A stretch of 64,000 nucleotides of DNA, taken from the NCBI GenBank assembly GCA_964188305.1, contig OZ076888.1, one strand, 5' to 3'. This document shows, one piece after another, positions 24,865 to 38,512 of this stretch. How positions within the stretch are numbered: position 1 is the first letter of the stretch; every line of letters starts with the position of its first letter. The position numbers and the translations under genes were made by a program. Source of the DNA: Podarcis bocagei. Taxonomy: Eukaryota. The notes beneath the pieces were generated by a model. The model searched no databases. It saw nothing but the letters and a program-made list of their open reading frames with translations, and was not told the origin of the DNA.

Positions 24865-25045
24865 AATGCCATGGTATGCCTACACCAGCAAAACTGCATG
24901 CCTTCATCTGCCCCAGCTGCAACAAAACATGTCTCTCCCATATCGATCTCTACAGCCACAGCAGGCATGCAACTCTCCAATGGTTTGACTTCACCCCTGA
25001 AGGTGCACTCTTCCATTGTCTCCCGAGACAGCTGGATGCCAACAA
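24865..25045 (+). mobile_element. RTE-clade LINE 3' fragment
   Basis: AFICPSCNKTCLSHIDLYSHSRH zinc-finger-like C-terminus and 3' end tccattgtctcccgagacagctggatgccaac. Confidence 0.6.
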
Positions 25046-26327
25046 GATAGGCCTCTGATAAATCTAGCTTCCTTCTTATAATTTGAATTCATTCTTCTCA
25101 GAGTTATTAAAATGAGTATTATTTCAAATGACACTTCACCAAAGCTTTGTATTGTTGTACTAGAAATAAACCCACTTCCTGTTCCCAATATACTCAAGAA
25201 CTTCATTTGCCTTATTTGGTTTCATCATGCAGTTGGCTCATATTCAATTTTGACAAACTAAGACAAGCATTTCCTTTTGGGTCCCTAAACAATAGCACAG
25301 CTAAACATTTGAATTCCTCTCCAGATGCATGAAGCAGGGATGGCCCTACCATTAGGCAGACTGAGGCAGCTGCCTCAGGTGGCAGATGTTTTGGAGCCAG
25401 TGAAATGCTAGAGGCAAAGAGTTGTGTACACTGAGTAGTTCGCCCTGCACATCATAAATTAGCTTATTGTCCTTGGATATGTTAGAGGATGCTATCTCAT
25501 CACCAGTGTTGAAGTAAGATTCAGCTGCCATTCCAGTCAACTTCAATATGCAGCAATGTGGGGTTGGGGGCATTTTGCCCTTTGCCTGAGGCAGAAAAAT
25601 TGGGCTAACCCTAGAATGCCTTTACATTTCATGGAACTGATTTTCACTGTGTTCCTGTTGCTCAAATTTGTGAGGTTTTCCAGTATACCTTACATGTCTT
25701 ATAAACTCCTCATCTGACATTTCCTAAACTCACTTGATTGAATCAGTACACTGAAGATAAAATTAGACACCCAATGGAGGATTTTGTTTTCAATGTTTGG
25801 TGAGGCTTAATGTTTACCAAAAACAATACATGGTTATACGTGCATCCACACACTGAGCACACACACCTAGACAGAATGGAAAAATCATAAAATCAATTTG
25901 TTTCATAATAGTCCCATAATGTAATAAAAATGTAAATCATAAAGACTGCTTTATTATTTAATTACATTTTACATGTTTTCTAGCTTGCAGAACCTCAGGC
26001 TCACCAGCTGCATTACCAATACCTTTTCAGTAAACGCAATATCCTGTTAATGAGCTAAAGAAATCCCTTTTCATGTTTAACTGTTTCTCCCAGCAGATCC
26101 ACAGAGCACCAGTAAAAATGTTAATCCTGCTTCGACATTTTCCCATTTAGAGTTATGGTATTGACAAAGTTTTATAAAACATATTTAGAGATCCAGGTAA
26201 GAGCCTGGTACATAGTTCCACTATCTTTCTTTCTGTTTAAAATATTGGGTGTTTCAAGAAGTGTTTTTATTATGAAATCAGTGCTATTCATGCATTCAAG
26301 TTTTTTGCAGCAGCCACATGCAACTTC

Positions 26328-26458
26328 NNNNNNNNNNNNNNNNNNNNNNNNNNNNNNNNNNNNNNNNNNNNNNNNNNNNNNNNNNNNNNNNNNNNNNNNN
26401 NNNNNNNNNNNNNNNNNNNNNNNNNNNNNNNNNNNNNNNNNNNNNNNNNNNNNNNNNN
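26328..26458. other. Assembly gap (131 N)
   Basis: Run of n. Confidence 1.
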
Positions 26459-26829
26459 TTCCTTGGAAAATCCACTGTTAAAAAAAAACCTGTTGTCAAC
26501 AACCTGTTTGCAACATCTGAATGACCCACTTACAATATTAAGATTGTCTGGAAGCAGCCATTAAAAATACGGAGTTGTTTTCCTTCTGGCTGTCTTTGCT
26601 GTTTAATTGCTCGTTCTATTTACCATAAGCAAAATAGATTGGGAAATGAATTCTTTGAGAAGCTTGTCCTTTAAGAAAAACGTCAGTCACCACGAGTCCT
26701 TCCTGTGTCAATGTTCATGAGGCTTGGCAAAAACTGTGTTGTAATCCAAACCTCAAATGCCTTGAGCTTTTTCCTCTTAACAAACACAGCATGGCAGGAC
26801 AAGTACGGTATTAGTTAAACAATGGCATG

Positions 26830-26834
<5 letters not shown>

Positions 26835-26896
<62 letters not shown>
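26835..26896. repeat. (CT)n microsatellite
   Basis: Direct reading. Confidence 0.95.
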
Positions 26897-26898
<2 letters not shown>

Positions 26899-28756
26899 TG
26901 GAGATGGGTTGTTGTAAATTACCACTGGAAGAAGCATTCTGATGAAGAGACTTCTCATTGTCCTCCATCCCTCCGAGTGGGAACAGGATGGATGTCAGAT
27001 CTAAGTCAATTTGGTACAATGACAATGAGCTACTAAAATCTTACCAGTCTCCAACAGTAGGTAGCAAGAAGAGAACTGTAAATCTTTCCTATAGCTGAAA
27101 TAAAGAGCCCATAACCTTAAGTCGAGCAGCCAGCTACAAGTGCTACAATTCTTTTACCCAAGCTGCCAGCATGGTGGCCCTGATTTGGATGGACCCTAGC
27201 AGGAGCTGTAGAAAAGCTTTAACCCTTTACCCACCACTGCAGTCCAAGCCTGGCTCAAAGGCCCCATGTGTGCAATTTGCATGGATGGAAAAACTCCAAT
27301 TTGCTTATTTTTTCCTATGCACGTTGCAGGTGCAAGGAGCCCAACCCACATCAGAACCATAGCAGGAGGCAAAGGGCTAAAGCCCCCAAACTGGCAAATT
27401 GTGTGGATGTTTTTAACACACACAAAAACCCCTACACTTAAAAGGCACAGCTACATAACTAACATAGCATGTAATTTTGCCCTGAGCCAGTGGTCCTTTG
27501 AGAATCTCCCTCAAATTCCCCCAAATTTTTTTTCACAAAGCCAATTTTCAAACTAACAGGAAGGAAAGTGAAGATTTTTTTTTCTCTGTGTGTCCACAGA
27601 CCCCCTAAATCCCATCCATGGACCTCCTAAGAACCCCTACCCTAAGGTATCATTTGCTTTTTAGTCCAAAGCCACAGTAGAAACACAAGCACTGCTAAGA
27701 CCTTATCTCTACTGCAGAATACACATCAACTGCAAGGTAAATCTTGCATTATAACTCCAATACAGTGAGACACCACATATCAATGAATAGCTTTCACTGA
27801 GTTATCAGACAGCTATAAAAACAGGGAAACAAACTGGATTGCTCACTCAGAAAACATCAGATGATAGTCTACCGTGGATTTATTTTTCCATATCAAGCAT
27901 ACACACATTTTATCAGATGCACATCTTTTGCACAGGATGGGGCTATACCACATGAGCCATAAGAAGCCATAAGGTTAGGTATCTTTGCAAGACAAATTTA
28001 TTATCATTCCAGTAGAAATCTTGCAAATCGCAACAGAAGGGTTGCATGGAACAGGAAGAGATACTTTCAAAGGGTTCCAAAGATGAAACAACCTTCTATC
28101 CAATCCAGGCTTCCAGTGTTAGCACACAGCAAACCTAGTGGAAAATACGGTTCTCTGTCATGCCTGAAGGCCCATGCCAAAACTAACCAAAGGGGAAAAG
28201 TAGCTTATTACCAACTAGTGGATAATGAAACTGATGGGCAATATCAGTCCAAAACAGAAAGCCTTGCAGTTATCAATATCTTGATAAGAAATTAAATGTT
28301 CATCAATCAATGGTGAAATCAGAATACTGCAAATTCTCCCTATTATATCATGTTTACAGTTCTTACCAGTGTTAGAAACTGAGTTATGAAAGCTAGGAGC
28401 TAAAGGTACCTTAAACCTAGATTGGGGCGCAACAACGGAATGTCTAGGTGTGCTTTTTTATAACAAGAATACAAAGCTGAAAATGAATGAACTGCAGCTA
28501 AAATATTATGTCCATTTTTCACATGGTCTGGTCCTTCCCTTGCCCACCCCCATAGTATTCTTAAGAGGGTCTCTGAAGTAGCTGGGAGTGAGGAGGCAGA
28601 AAAAGGTCCCCTTCTACTCTGCAATTTTAATCTGAAATCTTAGGCGCAGTACTGTGCCCAGAGCTCGGAAACTCCTTAGGGCTAATGAAATTCCCTGTCG
28701 CAAAATGCGCCTATAACAATGGGAGTTTCGAACACTGGTTCTTACCTATGAACATA

Positions 28757-28998
28757 CAGTGGTACCTCGGGTTACATACGCTTCAGGTTACATACGCTTC
28801 AGGTTACAGACTCCGCTAACCCAGAAATATTACCTCTGGTTAAGAACTTTGCTTCAGGATGAGAACAGAAATCGTGCTCCGGCGGCGCGGTGGCAGCGGA
28901 AGACCCCATTAGCTAAAGTGGTGTTTCAGGTTAAGAACAGTTTCAGGTTAAGTACAGACCTCCAGAACGAATTAAGTACTTAACCCAAGGTACCACTG
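28757..28998. mobile_element. Tc1/mariner (Tigger-like) MITE
   Basis: CAGTGGTACC..GGTACCACTG TIRs, TA TSD; same family as 1834-2059. Confidence 0.9.
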
Positions 28999-29478
28999 TA
29001 TATTACATCACTTGAATGACAGATGCCAACGACACTGAGCCAGAACAGTGTTGGAAATGAATAATAAATAAGATAATTCTCAAAGAAGACAAAAGGGACA
29101 CAAATCAGACTGTAATAGGCTGTAATGCTAATCTTCCTCAATAATTTAACAAGGGGGAAGGCATGCTGTATTGTGGATTTTACAACTTCGCCAATGTGGA
29201 AACAGCAAACTGACAAAGACTATAAGCATCTTTTCAAAACCTTGAAATCCTTGCTTCTGAACTCTTGATTCCTGAAGTGTGATCAGGTGCTTTTGCTTCT
29301 GCTACAGTCTTGAGTAGTATACCAAGCACAAGGCATAGGTACAAAGCTCTGAGGTTATCTTGTTCTGCTGCCCAACGACCACGCTGCCCATCCTCAGTTA
29401 TCAAAATTCTCCATTTCTTCCAATTTTATCTCCCAAGGTCAGTGCAATATCACAGAGCAACAATTGAGCTTTCCTTAC

Positions 29479-29671
29479 CAGAAGCTGAATGAAGACTCTC
29501 CAAGCTCCAGTATCTGGAAAGGACACCTCTCATCCCACTGCCACCACCACACACCACTCCACTGCTATCTGAATCCGAACCTGGGGAGAGCCCCGAGCTG
29601 CCACTGCTACTGCAGTTTTCTCCACTGTGTGCACCGCCAGACTCGCAGCTGGAGCATTGCTGGGTCCTCAT
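29479..29671 (-). CDS. ARHGEF4: ARHGEF4 alternative first coding exon (short isoform)
   Basis: ATG at 29671; 64 codons + 1 nt, MRTQQC..SPGSDSDSSGVVCGGGSGMRGVLSRYWSLESLHSAS; canonical donor G|GTAAGG, phase 1, same as the exon at 41094. The WSLESL motif is shared with short-isoform N-termini of ARHGEF4/SPATA13 as recalled. GC-enriched upstream region. Confidence 0.75.
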
Positions 29672-32600
29672 GCAGGCAGGCAGAGGGGAGAGCCAAGAGG
29701 CTCTGCTCTTCCGGAGAAAGAAGGGAGATGGAACAGCACCGTGCAGCTACGCACAGGGCAGTGGCACCAGGTCCTGCTGTCTCAGAGCTGTGTGGGATTC
29801 CTCTCCTCTGAGTTGCCAGTCGCCTGCACGATGCAACCTGACATCATAGGGGTCCGTCAGGGAGGCTCCCTCTGTGACTGATGAAAAAGCCTCAGCTACC
29901 GTTTGCAGAAGCTGGGCTTGCTTCTAAGCTGATTGCCAAGGCATTAAACAACCCGAGGACTAGATCACCGGATCGAGAGCTTAAATTCTAAAGGGTCAAG
30001 AAATAAAGTGACAATATCCTTTGCACACATACCTGTGAATAAGGCCCGCAGAAAAGAATGAGACTGACAGCTAAGTAAACACACAGAGGAATGGGCAGCA
30101 CATGTTCACACTGTCCTGAGGATATCTAGAACTAGCTGGAGCTGCAGCAGTTAAAACTGTTTTACAAGGCACTGGAACCACCACTACATAATGGGGGAAA
30201 TATACACTCGAAAAAGATCAAATCCAAAGAAGCAGGGACTGGCCCTCAAGACTATGTGATTGGTGATGTGAGGCAAAATCACTTTTTAAAGTGCATACAT
30301 CATATCAGGGAACCTGTGACTCGTCAGGTGTTGTGGGGACTCTCATCATCCTTGACTATTAGCTGCACTGCTGGAGCTGCTGGGATTTGGAGTCCAACAA
30401 GATCTGGAGAGCCACAAGTTCATCATCCTTGGTTTAAATAAAGTTTCACTCTGAATGTGGAATACATACATGAAAACATTTTGTGCTCCTGGCTCATGCT
30501 TTGGCACACAACTGCAAGTGCAGGAAGCATTCCTAGGGAAAATAAGGCATTCAGGTGGTTCAGAGTTTTTCATGCTAAAAGTACATATTTCTGTGTGAGG
30601 TCTGCAATTCCCAAGTAGAGTTCTGCTAACAGACAGCTGACCAGCACAGGCTATGCAAAACTATTTTGTCTTTTGATAAGCACACCTAAGACATGGAGAA
30701 ATCCCCAGAGCTTCCTGGGACGATAAGAAATTTACTAGGATTGCCAATTTTCCCCCAGGGCAGGGTTTCTGTGCCCTTGAGACACTTGTATACCAGGAAA
30801 ATTTCAGGAGGAGTACCTTTCTCATCCCTGTCTCTCCATGCAGGGAAAGCTGCTAAATGTTTGCCTTCACAAAGCCATTAAAGGCACTGGAGCTCAGCCA
30901 GAAAACAGTTGGCAGCTCTAGGACCTACAAAATCCCCCATGGATGCACTTTCCATCTTTGTCAATCTACAAAAGTTAAAATAGAAACATTCTTGGAATAC
31001 CGTCTTCCTGAATGCAACTAACTGTTGCATTTGTGATAATTCCTGCAACAGGTTGAAATGATTAAAGTATGCTTCCTCCCTCACAAAAAACAACAACCAC
31101 ATTTTGCTGTAAAATATTAAATATGTCTCATAGACATTTGTTTCCCTCCCAATGTTAGCTGAGAGAGAGTCAGAGAGATCCCACTCCTGTGCACAGTGAA
31201 ACAAAGACAGTACAAGACTGCATTCCCTGCAAGGAAGGAATTCAGCTTTTAAATATGCAGAGACTATGAGCAAAGAGACCCTGCAAGTATTTCCAAGAGG
31301 CACAATCAACTGCTTCTCTTATGGGGCCCAGACAGGGATGATATGACATAAGCTAGAACACGGAGAATACAGTTGAAGCAGGCTGAAGCCTTACAACTCT
31401 ACAAAGGACACCTGTTGTCCATCAATGTAACCCAATTTATTTCAGCTGGGTGTCCTTTTTTCTGTACATTTTGATAATATTGCACACAGACTGAAGTCTC
31501 CAGCAGGTCAGACCTAAAGATGACTGAAGTCATCCTTGAATTTCAAGACAAAAGGAATCTCTCCCATGGCTTTTTGTTTTCTGATGAACAGTGTTAATCA
31601 AAGAACAGCCTTATAAATGCTCGGGAAAGTTTGTTTTATTCTATTTGAAAGATGCAAGTCATGCCCCTCACTGTCTTCAAAGCAGCTTCCAACAACAATT
31701 AAAATATAAGTTCATGATAAAAAAATAAAACCAGTTAGCATTAGGTCTCCTATGAAGAAAGGTTTCCCCAGCTGGAGGTAATGAAGATCTTACATATTTA
31801 GCATCATAGAAGACAGCAAGATTAATCTGCTCTGTCATGAGGCATTAATGAAGCAAGGTACAGAACAGCCTCTCTCAAACAGCAGAGCTGTCTTACATGT
31901 GGTCAAGCTCTACATGTCTGCCAAACAGAAATACCAGCAGCCATCTGGATGTTCATTCATAATGGGTCTATGAGGGGGCATGGAAAATTCCACAGGGCCT
32001 GGCTCTTGTGACATAGAGTAGAGTTGGAGCTGCAGTTGCTGTTTCTGCTACTACTTCCAGCCACTGGTATTCTGACTCTGCCTTCAACTAAGGGCTCATT
32101 CACACTTTCACTTGACCCGTATTTCAATCATATTGTGTACCCTTTAATTATTGTTCCACAGCTGTGGCTTGCAAAAATCCAATCTTACCCACTAAACTAA
32201 AGCTTAGTTAAACCAAATCTCTGTTTGGTTTCCGCACATCTGATGAGATCTGATTCAGTGAGTGAGATCGTCAGAGTCCTAAAGTTTCCGAGCACAACTA
32301 CCCTGTGTTGGTCTGAGTAGCAATGGTGGTCAGGCCATTGTATTTTTTATATAGACATTTTTGATAGCCACTAAATTACGTGTTGCGATGCTGAGCCTGT
32401 TGCTTAGATCTTGTATGCCTTGCTGCAGCAATAAAAGATTATGGTTGATGTTATAAAAGCCAGAATGGATGATGTGCAGTTGGTTCTTCAAGGTGTGCAA
32501 TAGATCATCTTTTGCAATTTCACTGGGGTCTTTGGAGGGAGGGGTAAGATTTTGTTTTGGCTTTTCCACAGGGTTCTCAATGTGTAATCCTTAAAATGGT

Positions 32601-34129
32601 CGCTGTATGTTTGCTTGTTTCTTAAAGGATTTAAATCTTGCACCTTCAATCCCGATTGACACCTTCAGGGTGGCAAACTACAGGCAATATATCATAAAAA
32701 CAATAAAAAGACAATAAAATTCATGAAGCAACATATCAGCAACCACACAATACCAAACTGCAGCTCCACTGAGGTGCTCTGTCACATTCTAATTTAATTC
32801 ACAGAAATGGAGGCAACATCATTAACCATGTTTCCTGACCTATCTCTCATTTATTTAATGTGGAACAAGCATGCATGGACACATGCTTTAATCTGAACCA
32901 GGATCACAAAAGAGGGGAAAGAAATGAAAGAAGAAATAGGGCAGTGATGCTTTTATTACGTATAGGACCTACAGGTGTTTGAAATGCAAGTTTTCAAGTT
33001 ACCCAGTTTCTTCCTCAGATTTAGATGGTTAGAGATATATATGGCAGGGAGGAGTCAATGCTGCATTGTAAGGACATGAATGCAGAAGGAAGTAGTATAT
33101 TAATGAAGATGCTGCTAATTAGATTATAAATAGCCTATGCAACTAAAATTCAAGTTGCAAAGAGTGTGACTCAAAAGTTAGCACTGAGTATTTTAAATGC
33201 CAAGTGGTTCACATAAAAGTATCATTTCAGTTGCCTGTTTCTCTTATTCGTGACCATCATTGCTACTAAGAAAAAAGATACAAACCCTTTTTGATGAGGA
33301 TTGGCCATGCATTTCTAAATATATAACAAATATATACCAAATTTCATATTAACCTGCGAGACCTAGATTCTATGTCACTTCCCACAGATACATTTTTCTT
33401 CAAAATGATTAGAAAAGCAAAAATGTGACATTTGCTGCAAAGACTGTGCTGCTGTTTCAATAGTGTTGCCTGTGGGGGATGCTTTGACATAGGCAACCTT
33501 CCCCTTTTTAGGGTGTGGGGGTGCAGCTTGAAGAAATGAAAGTGTTTAATTCAGTTTTCTTGTAGCATACAATAGGAATAGTGGGGAAACAAAACAGGCC
33601 ATTTTCTTGAGAATCTGCAGTGCCTGACAAACATGGCACTAGCAAGAGCCAGGCACTGAGAGAGCTGAATCAGAGCTCAGGAAGAAGCTAGGGCATGGGA
33701 TGTAGTTGGCTAAGGTGAATGGACAGCAGCAAACCAAACAACTGGGTGAAGAGGAGAACAAGGGAGAGAGAGAGAGGAAAATAGCTGGGGCAGAAAGCAG
33801 ATCAGGGCACAGGTGTGAGAGAGCAAATGTGTGTGAGAGAAAGCATGTGCATGCCTGTAAAGTCATCTCAAAGTGGCTGTTTAGAAACTGGATTCTGTGT
33901 AGATGTGAATGCATGCAGATTATCTCGATTCTTTCAAATGTGGCTTCCACCCCAGGTTTGGCACTGAAACTGTCTTTGGTATCCTGGTAAATTATCTAGA
34001 CTGGGAGATGAAGGGTGAATGTGATCCTGTTGATTAGCCTCCTGGACATCTCAGTGGTGTTCTTACCCTTTCCCATCCCCAAGATGGCACTAATTTGCAG
34101 TGGCTCCAGTCACCCCTGAAGGATAGGTC

Positions 34130-34668
34130 ACAAAACAATCTGAGTGAGAGACTGCTGGTGTGCTTCTACCGAGGCTCCATAGAGAGCATTCTTACATACT
34201 GTATTTGTGCTTGGTTCTCCAGTTGTACAGCTAGGGAGAGGAAGGTGCTCCAGAAGGTCATAACCACAGCCCAAAGGATTATTGGTCATCCTCTCCCATC
34301 TTTGGAAGAACTGTACGGTTCCCGTTGTCTTAGGAAAGCAAATAACATCCTGCAGGATTCATCTCACCCGGGACACGGTCTGTTTGCACTACTGCCTTCT
34401 GGCAGGAGATATAGAAACATCAAGTCAAAGACAAATAGACTGAAAAACAGTTTCTATCCAAGAGCTGTGGCCTTTTTGAATGCTGTAACTCAATAGTGTG
34501 ACCTGGGAGTTTGATGGGTGTGGTGTGGGTGTGGCTGGAATGTGGTTTGTTTGGTTGTTGTTGTTGTCTTGCTTTTGATGTTTTAAGGGATGGCATCCAA
34601 TTTCGTTGCACTTTGTACAATGTTGCACTTGTGTAATGACAATAAAGAATCTATTCTATTCTATTCTA
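34130..34668 (+). mobile_element. Rex1/Babar LINE, 5'-truncated 3' end
   Basis: FYRGSIESILTYCICAWFSSCT..LQKVITTAQRIIG..LPSLEELY..DSSHPGHGLFALLPSGRRYR..NSFYPRA; AATAAA then (CTATT)n tail. Confidence 0.85.
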
Positions 34669-35399
34669 AAAAAGGTGATGCTTAGAGACTGTGGCTGTAT
34701 CCCATGGCTTTAGCCGTGTGTACTGCTGAAATCTTGTATCCCGTGCTATTTCAACTGGAGATTAGGGTTCAGTATCATCAGTATGTTCTTTTTCATCACA
34801 TCCCAATGTTTGTGATCAGAGGTGGACTTGTTGCAAGCATCCAGACAAGGCAGAAATAGTGTTAGTTTGCCATTCTGTGTGCAAGTAAAAATTCTAACGG
34901 GACAGGTTAGTTGATTATCACTCTCTGTCTTCACACTATATTTTCTCTCCTTTATGCAATGACTGACAACTTACTGGGTTAATTAAGTAGAGTCTTCCAT
35001 TAGGACCCTGATATGGGACTCTGTGGTTATTAGAATTGGAACAAGCCAGGATCTGAAACCAATTGCACCGTCAGAAGTTGCTTCTAGTAATCTAAGTCAA
35101 ATGGGGCTGTCATTTTTTAAATTTTAGAGTATCTAAAATACTAGATTTAGATATGTTTTCCTTGACTAATAGTTTCAATTAATGGTCATTTGATACAGAT
35201 TCCACATAAGCTACAGATTTTTTAAAAGATGTACCTCCAGAGGAACCATTCTGAGACCTGGATCATCTCAGAAAACAGCTGCTGAAGATGAAGCAATTTT
35301 GCACAGTGGAATACGGCCCTCCCATGTCCTTCATTCTGACATTAGAAGAATTAAGAAGGACAGGAAATGAAACAAGTTACTTTGAATTACCTTCTTTTG

Positions 35400-35900
35400 A
35401 AAAGGTTGCAGTTTCATTTTGTGAACTTTTCTAGTGCTGAGCTAATCACATATCAGCTTTCCTTCAGCTTGCAACTTTGCCGTAAGGCCACAAATGTACC
35501 ATGTTTATATCAGCGAAGAAAGCTAGTTTGCAAATCTACCAACTGCCAGCCAGACTTCCTATGCCCAACGTCTCTTTTCAGTCATGAAAAAATTGACACT
35601 TTCATTTGCAGAGCTTCAGAAATCATTGGTGCACTCTTCCATGACTTGGTCACATGATGATGTTATATTACAGTGCACTGACAGAGATTCCCTCCGTTTC
35701 TCCTGCAAAGTTTCTCAAATGCTAGTGATTCAGTCAATGGGAGCGGAGGTAATTTATTGCTGAGAAAAGAACTTTCTTGACCTCTTCAAGGATGAGTGCC
35801 TTCCCTCTGAGAGTCTTCTTGGAGACTAATGCATCATGGCCCCACATCTTGTCGACATTGATAGACCCCATCTGGTGATTAGTTCGCCCCATCAATTCAG
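35400..35900 (-). mobile_element. Degenerate hAT (Charlie/GTF2IRD2-like) transposase fragment
   Basis: EEVKKVLFSAINYLRSH*LNH resembles the hAT motif ..VNFIR(S/A)xGLNHRxF; stops and frameshifts follow. Confidence 0.45.
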
Positions 35901-36349
35901 CATTTTGACTGTAGTATTTCTTGTACTGTTTTGAAACCATTTTCTTGAAATGAAAGTAGTGCCATTATTTTTGTGTATTTTTCTATGTTCTGCTATTGTT
36001 GTTTTTATGCTTGGGGCTTTAGTGTTGATTTAGTGTGTTATTTTTGATGGGGTGGTATATTTATTGCTAGCTGCTCTGAGTGTTTTTGGTTAGAACAAGA
36101 TATAAATTATTTGAAATAAATACAATAGATAAATTATATGGGCATGTTTGGAACATAAGAGTGTGTGCAACTGTTATTTATACAATACCCTTCAGTTAAT
36201 CTCCTTTCAACTTATAGTATGAGACAGCATGTTAGAATTTCAAAAATACTTCCTCTGGCATCTTTTATAACCTTGCTAGCTCCTTTTGACACCTAAGAGT
36301 TCATCAAACAGTTCAACTTTGATGTACAGAGCAACACCACCACCATTAC

Positions 36350-37450
36350 GTCATTCACTGTTCCTTCTATACAGTTTCCCCCCAGATATAACTGCGCCCC
36401 ACTAGTTCTCTCCATTCAATCAGGTTTTCATTATGTCCCTTAAATCAATGCCGCCCTCTAAGACCAAGAACTCCAGTTGACTCAGCTTGGCACATTAGCA
36501 TATAAACATTTGTAATACAGTCTCTCTCTTCAGGTGTCTTTCACATTTGTGTTTTGACCTGTGGTGCTTTGGCCTCTCCGAATTGTTATCCCGTGCCCCT
36601 GCACTCACAATGCCTAGATCTATGCCTCCCCTATTTAAATTTTCACCAATTTTATCATATTTCTCCCAGAGAGATTTGTTCCGAACCGAATCCTCCTCAG
36701 CACCTATCTGCTCCCCCTGCCCCTCAAAAGTTGCTCAGCCACCTTTTTCATTTTAAGTGCCAACAGCCTGATTCCATCTAGGTTCAAGTGGAGCCTGATC
36801 CTTTTGTGCAGGCCTAGCTTGTCCCTGAATGTTCCACAGTGCCTAACAAATCTAAACCCTCTCCCTACATCATCATCTCACCCATGCACTGAGACTACAA
36901 AGCTGCCCCATCTAGCTGCCCCTGCATGTGGACCAGCAGCATTTCAGGGAAAGCTACCTTGCAGGTCCTGGCTTTCAGTATCCTACATAGCTACCTAAAT
37001 TTTGCTTCTAGGACCTCATGACTACTTTCCCCCATGTTATTGGTGCCAGCATGCACCACAAGTGACTACTGACATTTTCCTATCTCCCAGGCTAGCTAGA
37101 CAGCAGGAGACATCTACAACCCTTGCAACAGGCAGGTAATTCACCCTGTGATCTGTACACTTATGACATACCCAACTATCCTAATAATCAAATCATACAC
37201 TACCAGAATCCCCCCACCCTCCAGAGATGTACTCTCACAAGAGGACAGCGGGCTCATCCTCCAAAATTGGGTCCCTTCTAAGGGATTGTTTCCCGCTTTC
37301 TCAGAGCGATGTAGGGGAGCTATCATCATGGGAGTGCGACACAGCTATAATGTCCTCAAAGACTTCATCCACCAAGCCCTCTGCCTCTCAGCTAAATGTT
37401 CAGCCATCCTCTAGCCCTATATGCACTAGAGCACTAGAGAGGGGGAGGAG
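36350..37450 (-). mobile_element. Degenerate CR1 LINE 5' segment (ORF1 SGNH-esterase plus start of ORF2 endonuclease)
   Basis: Frameshifted blocks ILVVYDLIIR..LPVARVVDV..LVVHAGTN..EVLEAKF..GFRFVRH..RLHLN..GIRLLA (CR1 ORF1), then YKCLYAN..QLEFLV (ORF2 start). Confidence 0.7.
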
Positions 37451-38289
37451 AGATAAACAGCCCATCAAAGAACAATATCTTTTAAAAATTGAAAAACTGC
37501 AGGACGTTGTTGTGAGATGAGAAAACAGCATTTCTTGTTCTCTACTTCTCCTTTTTAAGGGCAACATGAGCACTTCTCCTGCTTGAGTAGAACAGTGAGA
37601 GAATACTTAACTCCCAAAGCATTTTTTTTAAAGTTCATAACGCCTGTCATTTTATGCTGTTCAGTTTCCATTACGTGCCATTCTTGGGCATGTTGGGCTA
37701 AGTTGCTGTGTTTTGTTCCAGTGTCCTGAAGCTTGTGAATAATTCCAAAGGTTCTAGCTAAGGTCACAATATTCAGTTTCAAAATATTCTGTGTAATCCA
37801 AAAGTTACCACTACATTTAATAGCATCCCTTTCCAGGATAACATCTAGAGCGTTCTAAAACCTAGGGCACCACCTATTGGTCAATCTCCATATATATTTC
37901 AACTCTATTAAAATAGTTTAATTCTTTCTCTTCTAAAGAACTTCAGACAAAAGGTTAACAGAGTTGAAACAACTGTAATTAGTTCTGTGGTAGAGCTGGA
38001 GAGAAGGCAGAAATAGGGCTACAGCTAACTCAGCAATCCCATTAGTTTCCCATGTGTTCCTAAGAAACTTTTAAGGAACTTAGAAAGCCTCCTGGTTTTT
38101 TGAGGAATAAGTGGGCAAAGGGTAGATCATCAACAGTATCACAGATAATGAAAGACTGAGAATTTTCACTACCAACTGAAGTCATTTTGTATGGTAAAGT
38201 TCAAATAGTAGGTCACTGAGACTGAGATAAGAAAACACCCTTGAGCTGGAGGAATTAAGAAGTGGATTTCTGGCCTCTTGTTCTTCCAA

Positions 38290-38512
38290 TATTGATTGAT
38301 TGCATCTATACCCTATCTTTTCTCTAAGGAGCTCAAGGCGGTGTACATGGTTCTCCCTCTCCTCACTTAATCCCCACAACAACCCTGTGAAGTAGGTTGG
38401 GCTGAACAGACATGACTGGCCCAAGGTCACCCAGTGAGCATGTCTTAGTGGGGATTTGAACACTGGTCTTCCAGCTCCTAGTCTGATGCACTAACCACTA
38501 CACCACACTGGC
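38290..38512 (-). mobile_element. tRNA-derived MIR/L2-tailed SINE
   Basis: ccccacaacaaccctgtgaagtaggttgggctga..ggcccaaggtcacccag..gggatttgaac..taaccactacaccacactggct (reverse A/B boxes). Confidence 0.7.

Noticed and set aside
26155-26529. ORFs spanning the N run
   Set aside because: Artefacts of the assembly gap.
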